Of a stretch of DNA of 64,000 nucleotides, positions 1 through 8,172 are shown one piece after another (position 1 is the first letter of the stretch; the number at the start of each line of letters is the position of its first letter). The DNA is from Candidatus Fimenecus sp. (GTDB lineage Bacteria; Bacillota; Clostridia; Oscillospirales; Acutalibacteraceae). Both the position numbers and the translations under genes were made by a program. Below the pieces are notes generated by a model. It was not told the DNA's origin, did not search any database, and saw only the letters and a program-made list of their open reading frames with translations. Location of the stretch: positions 356 to 64,355 of the forward strand of contig JAZNIQ010000272.1 of NCBI GenBank assembly GCA_045577555.1, given 5' to 3'.

Positions 1-15
1 TCATAAATGCCCTCG

Positions 16-2016
16 TTATTTAACCTTTTTGAAAACTATGGCCGAGCGGTTTGGTAAGTAGCAGTTGAAACCGATAAAACCGTTATCACTACGCTTATAG
101 GTTTTATACTTACATTTGGTATCTACTCGCGAATAGCCGCCGTATTTACCGTCATCGCTGGATAAAACGGGCTTGTATGTACCGCCTAAATCAACGGGCA
201 CAAAATATCCCTCAAACGATTTTACGGGGTGGAAATTAAAGGCAAAAATATAATCGCCTTTTGAGAATATAAGCACCTTATCATCTTGATGCAACCACTT
301 GTTTATGGCTCTATTTCCCAGTATGTCATTTTCTTTAAGCAGTTTAATCATTGCTTTATCAAAATCGTTAAGCTCTCTGTAGCGAAGATTTTCATTGTCT
401 ACAAGACTCCACTGTCTGCGACAGTAGTGATAACTCCAGCCGTTGCCCTCGCGTGGGAAATCTATCCACTCGGGGTGGCCGAATTCATTGCCCATAAAAT
501 TGAGATATCCATCCCCCGAGAGCGCGGCGGTTACAAGGCGTATCATTTTATGCAGAGCAATTCCGCGGTCAACCACCAAATTGCCGCCGAACTTTTGCAT
601 ACCGGTATACATTTCGGCATCGCATAGCCTAAACATTATTGTTTTATCGCCTACGAGAGCTTGGTCGTGCGATTCACAGTAGCCGATGTTTTTCTCTTTC
701 GGTCTGCGGCTTGTAAGCTCGTACCAGAGCTTGCCGATATCCCAGTTTTCATCGGTGTATTCTTTAAGAAATTTTATCCATAAATCAGGCACACCCATTG
801 ATAAGCGGTAATCGAAACCAATACCGCCTATTTCTATAGGCAGGCACATTCCCGGCATACCCGACATATCTTCGGCAACCGATAGGGCATAGGGGTTTAT
901 TTCGTGTATCAGCTCGTTGGCAAGCTGTAAATATGTAACGGCATCGGTTGCGGTATTCATTGAAAAATACATATCATAGCCCGTAAATGCACTGCCAAGC
1001 CCGTGGTCGTGATAAAGCATTGAGGTTACGCCATCAAAACGGAAGCCATCAAAATGGAAAACCTCCATCCAGTATTTTATGTTAGATAAAAGGAAGTGTA
1101 TAACCTCATTTTTGTCGTAATTAAATAGCTTTGTACCCCAAGCCGAGTGGTCGCCCTTTGCACCCTCGTGGAAAAACTGGTACACGGTACCATCAAATTC
1201 ATTTGGGCCCTCGTTTGTGTTTTTTATTGCATGGGAATGTACAATATCGAGTAAGACCGTAATACCCATTTTATGCGCTGTGTCTATGAGCTTTTTAAGC
1301 TCACGGCTGTTGCCGTAACGGGAGGATGCCGCAAAAAAGTTAGACACCTGATAACCGAAGGAGCCATAGTAGGGATGCTCCATAATAGCCATAATTTGTA
1401 TGGTGTTGTAGCCGAGCTTTTTAATTCTCGGCAAAACATTTTTGCGAAACTCATTATAAGTGCTTATTCTGCCTTCCTCGCCCGACATACCGATATGGCA
1501 CTCGTAAATAAACGGGGTCTTGGCGGGCATAAAGCCATCATCCGTCCAGTTAAAAGGCGCGAATGTGTCCTCAATTTCGGCACACCAAAGAAAGTTTTCG
1601 GGGTCTTGCACAACGCGGGTGGCATAAAGCGGTATGCGGCGCAGCATTTGTCCGTTATGTATTACGATTGCCTGTACTTTTTGTCCCGCTTTTAAAGCGT
1701 TTTTACCTTTGAGCTGTATTTCAAAAACGCCGTTTTGGAGCCTTGTCAATTCGTGGCTTTCGGTGTTCCAACCGTTAAAATCGCCTGTAAGATACATTCT
1801 TTCAGCCGCGGGTGCCCACTCTCTGTATACCCAGCCATCAGCCGTTTTGTGAAAACCAAAAAACTTATGCCCGTTTGCAAAATCAGATATACTGCCGTGT
1901 TCTCCCAATAATTCCGCGCGTTTTTCGGTGTAAAGCTTAGTACGCAGTTCAATATCTTTTTTATACGGCGCAAGGTAGGGGTCTATTTCCAAAATGCTTT
2001 TTTCTATAATAGGCAT
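16..2016 (-). CDS. glgB: 1,4-alpha-glucan (glycogen) branching enzyme, GH13 family
   Basis: 666 aa ORF. GH13 catalytic regions are visible: FDGFRFDGVTSM (nucleophile Asp region), VAEDMSGMPG (acid/base Glu), CESHDQALVGDK (His-Asp region IV). N-terminal WVYREWAP..GDFNGWN is CBM48-like. Confidence 0.9.
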   Translation of the reverse strand: MPIIEKSILEIDPYLAPYKKDIELRTKLYTEKRAELLGEHGSISDFANGHKFFGFHKTADGWVYREWAPAAERMYLTGDFNGWNTESHELTRLQNGVFEIQLKGKNALKAGQKVQAIVIHNGQMLRRIPLYATRVVQDPENFLWCAEIEDTFAPFNWTDDGFMPAKTPFIYECHIGMSGEEGRISTYNEFRKNVLPRIKKLGYNTIQIMAIMEHPYYGSFGYQVSNFFAASSRYGNSRELKKLIDTAHKMGITVLLDIVHSHAIKNTNEGPNEFDGTVYQFFHEGAKGDHSAWGTKLFNYDKNEVIHFLLSNIKYWMEVFHFDGFRFDGVTSMLYHDHGLGSAFTGYDMYFSMNTATDAVTYLQLANELIHEINPYALSVAEDMSGMPGMCLPIEIGGIGFDYRLSMGVPDLWIKFLKEYTDENWDIGKLWYELTSRRPKEKNIGYCESHDQALVGDKTIMFRLCDAEMYTGMQKFGGNLVVDRGIALHKMIRLVTAALSGDGYLNFMGNEFGHPEWIDFPREGNGWSYHYCRRQWSLVDNENLRYRELNDFDKAMIKLLKENDILGNRAINKWLHQDDKVLIFSKGDYIFAFNFHPVKSFEGYFVPVDLGGTYKPVLSSDDGKYGGYSRVDTKCKYKTYKRSDNGFIGFNCYLPNRSAIVFKKVK

Positions 2017-2086
2017 AAAATTCCCTCCAGTCTTTTTATAATTCTATTATATTAGAAAGTTATTCCAAACTCAATATAAAAATTAA

Positions 2087-2116
2087 AAGAAATCAGACAG
2101 TTAGGCCTGATTTCTT
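2087..2116 (-). terminator. Rho-independent terminator after the membrane-protein gene
   Basis: aagaaatcag / ctgatttctt form a 10-bp stem with a 10-nt loop. On the minus strand it is followed by ttaattttt. Confidence 0.55.
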
Positions 2117-2832
2117 TTAAGTATTTGTTCAAGCTTTGGAAACCTTGGTGTCGCTTCAAAAAAGCGGTCAATCATTTTGCCCATAAAAGCAATGGTAGGG
2201 GAGTTAATTGCGGTGGTTATCAGTGTGCCTATACCAATACTATGGAATGATGAATACCAAATTGTTGACCAGTCAAACTCGGCGGCATCGCCCGATAAAG
2301 TAAATGCAAGGAGTACCGATATAATTAGCAGTGTTATATCAAAAACACTTTTAACTCTTGTTATGCTGATTTTAAAGCGGTCGGCAATTTCGGCAACAAA
2401 AAGCTCGTATACCTGAAGCGGCATATATGTACGGAAAAAACAGGCAACGCCAAAAGCCACCAAAACATCGCCCACAATAAGCATCAAATAGCGTAACCAC
2501 ACGGCATTAAACTCTATACTGCCAAAAAGCCATATAAATAAATTGAGTGTATATCCGTATAGCACCGCCACCGCAAAGGCAAGCAAGTATCGCCAATTAA
2601 ACCTGCCGACAATTATGCACATAATAATAAGCACAAAGCCTTGTATAATATATTCGGTAACGCCAACATTAAAGAATGCATTAAGCTCAGTTGCCACCTC
2701 TGCAACCACAAATGCGGGTGCGGCAATCATTGATACACCGAGGTTTGTTTTGCTGCAAATAGTTACCCCCAGTGCTACAAAAACTATTCCCAAAACCCAT
2801 AGTAATTCCGAAGCATTTTTTATCTTTTTCAT
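2101..2832 (-). CDS. Polytopic membrane protein (YitT/YczE-like, function unknown)
   Basis: 243 aa and almost entirely hydrophobic, with about 6-7 predicted TM segments. The family name is only a resemblance. Confidence 0.5.
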   Translation of the reverse strand: MKKIKNASELLWVLGIVFVALGVTICSKTNLGVSMIAAPAFVVAEVATELNAFFNVGVTEYIIQGFVLIIMCIIVGRFNWRYLLAFAVAVLYGYTLNLFIWLFGSIEFNAVWLRYLMLIVGDVLVAFGVACFFRTYMPLQVYELFVAEIADRFKISITRVKSVFDITLLIISVLLAFTLSGDAAEFDWSTIWYSSFHSIGIGTLITTAINSPTIAFMGKMIDRFFEATPRFPKLEQILKRNQA

Positions 2833-2902
2833 AAATATCCCTCGTAAAACACACGTAAATGTATATTAAACGACATTATATCACAAAAACTTGAAAAAGT
2901 AA

Positions 2903-2932
2903 ATCGACACACCTACAAATAGGTATGTCGAT
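2903..2932 (-). terminator. Terminator downstream of the ABC operon
   Basis: atcgacacacct / aggtatgtcgat form an 11/12-bp stem with a 6-nt loop. A T-rich run follows on the minus strand. Confidence 0.5.
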
Positions 2933-2959
2933 TGTTTAGAAAATTAGCTGTGTTTAATT

Positions 2960-3751
2960 TTAATCAACGTTAACGCCCTTGCTAAAGAGCTTTTTGTTAA
3001 TAAAGAATCCTAAAATCACCAAAAGCAAATAACTAATAGTTGAAAGGATAATCACAAATTTGATTATTTCGGGGCTTACAGTATCGGTTGTAAAAAACAA
3101 GTTCATAAAATTGCTATTGAAAATTGCAGGGATAAACAACAAAACTAAAATTATTGCTTGGCTTATCATATATGTTATAAATCCAAATAAAACCGAAAAA
3201 CCTATCTTTGCATTATTAAAACGATGCCCGATTATAACACCTGTAAAGCCGCACTGCAGCATGTTTAAAAGTTCTAAAAATAAAACTAAAATCAAAATGG
3301 CTAAAGCACCTGTAAAGGACAGTTTAATAGAGTTAAATATAGGGTTTAAAATTACTCTTAGACTCTCAAAACCATCTTTACTGTAATAGGCAACAAAAAG
3401 AGCAAAAATTATGACGAGAAAGCTGATAAATAGGGAAATAACGGCAGCTAACATTTTTGAAAAATATATAGAACTCTTCTTTACAGGTAACGTGTGGGTA
3501 AGATAGGATTCATCGCCGTATACTTTTTGGCGGAAATTTGCCCAAAGCCTAAAAGTGTTATTTACAATTATATTGAAAATTAACGAAATAGTGGCACCCG
3601 TGCAAATTTTTCCTACAATATCCATAAAAAACGAGTTCTCTATGTTAATAAAAATCCTCGTCAAAATGGCAAAGAACAAGGTTAGGATATAAAAAATACT
3701 TAAGAATTTAAGGTTCCATTTTAAATCATATTTTAAAAGCTTGCCTAACAT
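2960..3751 (-). CDS. ABC-2 type transporter permease
   Basis: 263 aa multi-TM protein. It overlaps the upstream ABC ATPase gene by 7 nt, consistent with translational coupling. Confidence 0.7.
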   Translation of the reverse strand: MLGKLLKYDLKWNLKFLSIFYILTLFFAILTRIFINIENSFFMDIVGKICTGATISLIFNIIVNNTFRLWANFRQKVYGDESYLTHTLPVKKSSIYFSKMLAAVISLFISFLVIIFALFVAYYSKDGFESLRVILNPIFNSIKLSFTGALAILILVLFLELLNMLQCGFTGVIIGHRFNNAKIGFSVLFGFITYMISQAIILVLLFIPAIFNSNFMNLFFTTDTVSPEIIKFVIILSTISYLLLVILGFFINKKLFSKGVNVD

Positions 3752-4443
3752 TTGAATGTCCTCCTAAAAATTTCGTCAATCGATCCGTTTTCGCTTGTGC
3801 GCAATTCATCGCAGTCGGAATGGAGTATGATTTTACCGTCATTTATAAAGATAACCTCATCTAAAATTCGCTCGATATCACTTATTAAGTGGGTGGAAAT
3901 AATAACACTAGCACCCTCATTGAAGTTAGAAAGTATGGTATCAAGAATATAGTCCCTCGTAGCCGGGTCAACGCCGCCAAGCGGCTCATCAAGTATATAA
4001 AGGTCGGCATTACGGCTCATAACCAGACAAAGTTGTACCTTTTCTTGCATACCCTTGCTCATTTTATTAAGTTTTAAATTAGCATCAAGACCCAAGTCGT
4101 TTAGTAATTTGTACGCCTTTTCGCTATCAAAGTTATCATAAAAATCGGCAAAGTATTTTATAATGTCCGAAACCCTCATAGATTTATCAAGATAGGTGCG
4201 TTCGGGCAAAAAAGCTATGATCTTTTTGCTTTCTACGCCCGGCTTCTTGCCGCAAACTAACACCTCGCCCGAGGTTGGCGTCAATAAATCGTTTATAAGC
4301 TTTATAAGGGTTGATTTTCCCGTTCCGTTTTTACCTAAAAGACCAATAATTTTGCCTTTTTCTACCGACAAATTTATATTGTCGAGTACCTTCTTTTCTC
4401 CAAAGCTTTTGCATAAGCCCTTGCACTCTAATAACGTGTTCAT
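3745..4443 (-). CDS. ABC transporter ATP-binding protein
   Basis: Walker A GKNGTGKST, signature-like MSKGMQEKV and Walker B LYILDEP. Confidence 0.9.
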   Translation of the reverse strand: MNTLLECKGLCKSFGEKKVLDNINLSVEKGKIIGLLGKNGTGKSTLIKLINDLLTPTSGEVLVCGKKPGVESKKIIAFLPERTYLDKSMRVSDIIKYFADFYDNFDSEKAYKLLNDLGLDANLKLNKMSKGMQEKVQLCLVMSRNADLYILDEPLGGVDPATRDYILDTILSNFNEGASVIISTHLISDIERILDEVIFINDGKIILHSDCDELRTSENGSIDEIFRRTFKC

Positions 4444-4805
4444 TTGTTACCTCCAAATTTCTTTAATTGCTCGGCTATATCGTCTGCCAAGTATCCAATA
4501 TTTTGCATATTCTTTAAATAGGTAAGGGTTAAATCCTCGGCATATTTTTGTTTAAAGTAGTCTATGAGGGAAGTATCATTCGTTACAAACTTGCCGTTCG
4601 TTCGCTCGGTAAAAATAAGCCCTAATTCTTCTAAATCTCCAAGGGCCTTTTGCATGGTGTTAGGGTTAACCTGAGATGCAAGCGCTAATTCTCTAACCGA
4701 TGGTAAACGCTCGCCTGATTTTAGCTCGCCCGATATTATAGCAATCTTTAATTTTTCAACAATTTGCATGTAAATCGGTGTAGCATTATTAAAATCAAAA
4801 ACCAT
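4440..4805 (-). CDS. GntR-family (YtrA-like) transcriptional regulator
   Basis: 121 aa. The winged-helix segment LPSVRELALASQVNPNTMQKAL is present. A 4-nt overlap with the ABC ATPase gives the typical ytrA-ABC operon layout. Confidence 0.85.
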   Translation of the reverse strand: MVFDFNNATPIYMQIVEKLKIAIISGELKSGERLPSVRELALASQVNPNTMQKALGDLEELGLIFTERTNGKFVTNDTSLIDYFKQKYAEDLTLTYLKNMQNIGYLADDIAEQLKKFGGNK

Positions 4806-5038
4806 AAGCCCCTCCTTGACTGTATTACTTGACTAACACAATAATACAACATAAATTTGTTTTTGTCAACAAAAAAATAGAACCATCCGCAAGGGAGACA
4901 CTTCGTAAAGAAGTTGTCTCCTTTTTTCAATATAAATAGAAATGACACTTTCCGGAACTGAAAGTGTCATAGTGGGTTACATACTTTCAGAAAGGCAAAT
5001 ACTTGCCGAAAATAAAGAATATCTTTCTCGGCTGGTAA

Positions 5039-5158
5039 AGTGATATTGCAAACTATCTTTTGCAGTGATATTTTTGCCTAACAGCAAAAGTGATATTGAA
5101 ACCTTGCGGTTTCAGTGATATTATATTCGCCTCTTAACTGTCCGAAGGACAATATCAC
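5039..5158 (+). repeat. Four tandem 25-nt units (AGTGATATT plus a 16-nt self-complementary spacer), then one inverted 8-mer
   Basis: AGTGATATT starts at 5039, 5064, 5089 and 5114, an exact 25-nt period. The spacers gcaaaCTATCTtttgc, tttgcCTAACAgcaaa and gaaaccTTGCggtttc each fold as hairpins. The inverted copy aatatcac lies at 5151-5158. Confidence 0.8.
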
Positions 5159-5243
5159 GATGCGAAGCATCATATAACTGCGAAGCAATATAACTCGCCG
5201 CAAGGCGAATATAACTGTGGCACCTTCCTTACGGAGGGTGCCA

Positions 5244-5280
5244 CAAGGGGTGGTTTTTATTTTGGCGCAGAGTTAGGGAT
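5244..5280. repeat. 37-nt direct repeat, copy A (terminator 3' arm plus tRNA acceptor/CCA end)
   Basis: caaggggtggtttttattttggcgcagagttagggat is identical to 5460-5496. Confidence 0.9.
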
Positions 5281-5459
5281 ACTCTGCGTCGGCACGCTTT
5301 TGACCGCTCCGAGCGGTGCCCAAAATCGTTTGCCTTACTCGAGACTTATGCCGCATCAAAACCTATCGCGGCTTTGATGTGGCGTCGCCGAACATTTTTC
5401 CCTTCGGCAAAAATAGTTCTCATCCGAGTCTAACACTCAGCAAAATAAAAAGCCACCCG

Positions 5460-5496
5460 CAAGGGGTGGTTTTTATTTTGGCGCAGAGTTAGGGAT
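5460..5496. repeat. 37-nt direct repeat, copy B
   Basis: Identical to 5244-5280. It overlaps the 3' end of the tRNA-like fragment. Confidence 0.9.
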
Positions 5497-5532
5497 TCGA
5501 ACCCTAGGTACTTGCGTACACAGCATTTCGAG
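5479..5532 (-). pseudogene. 3' half of a class II tRNA (Ser-CGA-like), truncated at the anticodon loop; att-type junction
   Basis: The reverse complement reads CTCGAAATGCTG-(GTACGCAAGTAC variable hairpin)-C-TAGGGTTCGAATCCCTA-ACTCTGC-G-CCA. The T-arm, acceptor 3' strand and CCA are present. No complementary 5' acceptor strand (GCAGAGT) and no 5' anticodon-stem strand lie upstream. Confidence 0.6.
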
Positions 5533-5711
5533 CAAAAGGCAGTATCTGCCGCACCGCCCCTCTCCGTCCCTGAAATGTGCAATACGTCCGTAGATTTTGC
5601 GAGAAATTGAAAAACTAATGATTTTTTGCGAGAAATTTGCGAGATAGATGCGAGAAATCCATTAAAAACCTTTGTGTGTTCTCGGGCAAAGAAAACACAA
5701 GGAGAATTAAA

Positions 5712-5969
5712 ATGAACCAAGAAAAACAAAGAGAAGCTTATGAAAAGATGCTTAAGAAATGCCCCGATATCTTAACCCCGATGAAAGCAAACCGATGGTC
5801 GCCTGTCGGCAAGAACACAATCTATGCCGCGCTCAAAAACGGTGAGATCGAATCCTATACCTATAAAGGCGGTTACATATTCACTAAAGATGCCTTCATA
5901 GATTACCTCGTTAAGACCGCAAACGATAAAGGCAAACGGTATACGATACGAGGTGATAAGAAATGTTGA
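5712..5969 (+). CDS. Excisionase-type helix-turn-helix DNA-binding protein
   Basis: ATG at 5712 is preceded by the RBS aaggag. The segment NTIYAALKNGEIESYTYKGGYIFTKDAFIDYL resembles Xis/MerR-like HTH_17. The upstream extension in the ORF track (5637) lacks an RBS. Confidence 0.6.
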   Translation: MNQEKQREAYEKMLKKCPDILTPMKANRWSPVGKNTIYAALKNGEIESYTYKGGYIFTKDAFIDYLVKTANDKGKRYTIRGDKKC

Positions 5970-6520
5970 GCAGCTTACCGCAAGTGCTGTCGGGTGAACA
6001 AGTGCGGTGCGCCTTGCATATCAGCAAACGTAAATGCGCGTGGATGCTGAACAACGGATTTATCAAATGCCAAAACACTGGAAAGAGAACGAGAAAATAT
6101 ACCGTGCTGAAGGAAGACCTGCTTACCTACATAGAGGACTCGGCAAAACATCCTGAAAAATACGTTACACCCCACGCCGAGTTCTCTACTGCAAAGTATG
6201 GAAACACACGAAAACCCCGACCACGCAAAATAGGATTTCCTTCCTCTCTGCCGTCAACCTTCCGCCCGTGGCTTGAAGCAGAATTCGAATCCTTCCCCGA
6301 TGCACTCACCGTACCGCAAGTCATCGTAACTACAGGCTATACTGATAACACAGTCAACCGCTGGCTTCGCCAAGGCCACCTGAAGTCCGTCCAAACCCAA
6401 ACCACAAGAATAATCCCAAAACTCTGGCTCATCGACTTCTACTGCTCCTACGGCTACACAATAACCAATATGTCCAATAAGCACATCAAACTTATGGAGA
6501 AGTATTTTAAGAGTAAATAA
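5963..6520 (+). CDS. Protein with two excisionase-like HTH repeats
   Basis: 185 aa with two similar segments: LSGEQVRCALHISKRKCAWMLNNGFIKC.. and LTVPQVIVTTGYTDNTVNRWLRQGHLKS... It overlaps the upstream gene by 7 nt. Confidence 0.5.
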   Translation: MLSSLPQVLSGEQVRCALHISKRKCAWMLNNGFIKCQNTGKRTRKYTVLKEDLLTYIEDSAKHPEKYVTPHAEFSTAKYGNTRKPRPRKIGFPSSLPSTFRPWLEAEFESFPDALTVPQVIVTTGYTDNTVNRWLRQGHLKSVQTQTTRIIPKLWLIDFYCSYGYTITNMSNKHIKLMEKYFKSK

Positions 6521-6644
6521 TAGTGACTGTCCATTGAAATTCACTGTCAATGGGCGGTCAATTCAACACTTTTTACCTTACATATATTATCACCTCACTT
6601 TTGATATAGGCATAATAAAAGCAGCATTCTAAAAAGAATACTGC

Positions 6645-6791
6645 TTAATCATTTACCCATATCTTAAACGCTTTTTTGCCATAGTTTTTTGCATATTCGA
6701 TTTGTCCGGTTTTAGGATTTTTTCGAGAAGCTCTAAAAATATAATGCCCTCTTTCTTGGACAATCGATTTTTCGCAAGTATCTTTTTTCAT
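6645..6791 (-). CDS. Small basic hypothetical protein (48 aa)
   Basis: The internal ATG (MKKDTCEKS..) is preceded by aaaggaggtgataac. The longer track ORF lacks an RBS. Confidence 0.4.
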   Translation of the reverse strand: MKKDTCEKSIVQERGHYIFRASRKNPKTGQIEYAKNYGKKAFKIWVND

Positions 6792-7046
6792 GTTATCACC
6801 TCCTTTTGGGCATAAAAAAAGCACCAACCCAGATTTCTCTGAAATTGATGCTTTCTTTATAAAAATAAAAGACTGCCAGTAGCAGTCTTTGAAATGGATA
6901 TACTTCTCCGCAGAAAATAATATCACATTTTCTTAAAAAAGTCAACAAAAACATTGATAAATAAAGGAAAAGTGTGATATTATGTATTAGAGTAATCACT
7001 CACACGAAAAAATCAAAACGTGACAAAAAGGACTTGAGATAGAGCA

Positions 7047-7733
7047 ATGCTGTTAAATTATAAAGAGGCTATAGAAGAATATGGCACTGATTATAAACTT
7101 CAAAAAGCACTTAAGAGGAAAGACCTTTATAAAATAGAAAAGGGCATATATTCAGATAGAGCTAATAATTTCACTCTATATGAGTTGCTATTAAAAAAAT
7201 ATCCTAATGCAGTTCTTGTTAAAGATAGTGCTTTTCACTTTATAAAGTTTTCAACGAGTGTACCGGAGAAAGTGCATTTAGGAACAGCAAGAAATGCGTT
7301 AAGAATTACCGATAAGCGTGTTCAACAGCATTTTTATAAAGACCTAAATAGCATAAAAACCAAAGCCAACAATAATGCTGATGATTTAGACGAGGATTAT
7401 ATAGATTTATTTTTCTCTAATTCAAAGTTTGAAATTTCCTATGAGAACATTCAAAAATATATCACCGACAACAATAATGAAGTTAGATTATTTAATTTGA
7501 AAAATTTATTATTTGATTTGTTGAGAGATCGCAATAAATATGACAGGTCGGTATTGTTTGATTTATTATCAAAATTCCGAGATTGCAATATTGTTATTGG
7601 CATAGACAGATTTTCTTTCGAAGATGAGTTTTTCAATATCATATATGATGAAGAATTGTATGATATGCTGGATGAAATTGCAAAAAAAGATTCCGATCGT
7701 GCCTTCGATCAAAGATATGCCAGTTGGTTTTAA
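7047..7733 (+). CDS. AbiEi-like antitoxin-domain protein with no AbiEii partner
   Basis: The N-terminus ..ALKRKDLYKIEKGIYSD matches the AbiEi N-terminal pattern (G-x-l-x-r-i-x-rGiY). No nucleotidyltransferase gene follows. Confidence 0.45.
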   Translation: MLLNYKEAIEEYGTDYKLQKALKRKDLYKIEKGIYSDRANNFTLYELLLKKYPNAVLVKDSAFHFIKFSTSVPEKVHLGTARNALRITDKRVQQHFYKDLNSIKTKANNNADDLDEDYIDLFFSNSKFEISYENIQKYITDNNNEVRLFNLKNLLFDLLRDRNKYDRSVLFDLLSKFRDCNIVIGIDRFSFEDEFFNIIYDEELYDMLDEIAKKDSDRAFDQRYASWF

Positions 7734-7778
7734 TAATTATCAAAAATTATAAACAATACTAAGATTATTTAAAAAGAT

Positions 7779-7810
7779 GTTGCGCATAAAAAGTATGCGC
7801 AACCTCTTTT
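7779..7810 (+). terminator. Rho-independent terminator
   Basis: gttgcgcata-aaaag-tatgcgcaac forms a 10-bp stem followed by ctctttt. Confidence 0.7.
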
Positions 7811-7877
7811 GTTTAATGATTCGGGAAAATATAATGGTTTATCAAAAAAGAATATAGTTATCGCTCTATTTTAACCA

Positions 7878-7906
7878 TTGCAATATTCTGGGCTTTATGA
7901 TATACT
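7878..7906 (+). promoter_or_regulatory. Sigma-70-type promoter of the BREX-like operon
   Basis: TTGCAA, a 17-nt spacer, then TATACT with a TGn extended -10. It sits 38 nt upstream of the HTH gene ATG. Confidence 0.55.
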
Positions 7907-7943
7907 TATTTTGTCGAATTATAACTTTTTATGAGGTGTACTT

Positions 7944-8153
7944 ATGGCTGTTAGTTACAAGAAACTATGGAAGCTTTTAATTGACCATGATATGAAGAAA
8001 AAAGACCTCGCCCGAGTAGCAGATATCAGTAACTATACTATTACAAAAATGAGCAAAGACGAAAATGTTACTGTTGAAACTCTCGGTAAAATATGTGCCG
8101 CTCTAAACTGCGGCGTGGACGATATTATGGAATTCATTCCCGAAGACAAATAA
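7944..8153 (+). CDS. XRE/Cro-family HTH transcriptional regulator
   Basis: 69 aa. KKKDLARVADISNYTITKMSKDENVTVETLGKICAALNCGVDDI is a typical short YozG-like XRE protein. Confidence 0.85.
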   Translation: MAVSYKKLWKLLIDHDMKKKDLARVADISNYTITKMSKDENVTVETLGKICAALNCGVDDIMEFIPEDK

Positions 8154-8172
8154 AGATTGATACAGGTGCGCT

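Noticed and set aside
5039-5158. Mini-CRISPR interpretation of the 25-nt periodic array
   Set aside because: A 9-nt repeat with 16-nt spacers is far below CRISPR dimensions. The spacers are themselves hairpins, and there are no cas genes nearby.
5479-5570. An intact tRNA gene on the minus strand
   Set aside because: The acceptor 3' strand ACTCTGC has no complementary GCAGAGT upstream. The 3' anticodon-stem strand has no partner either. Only the 3' half can be folded.
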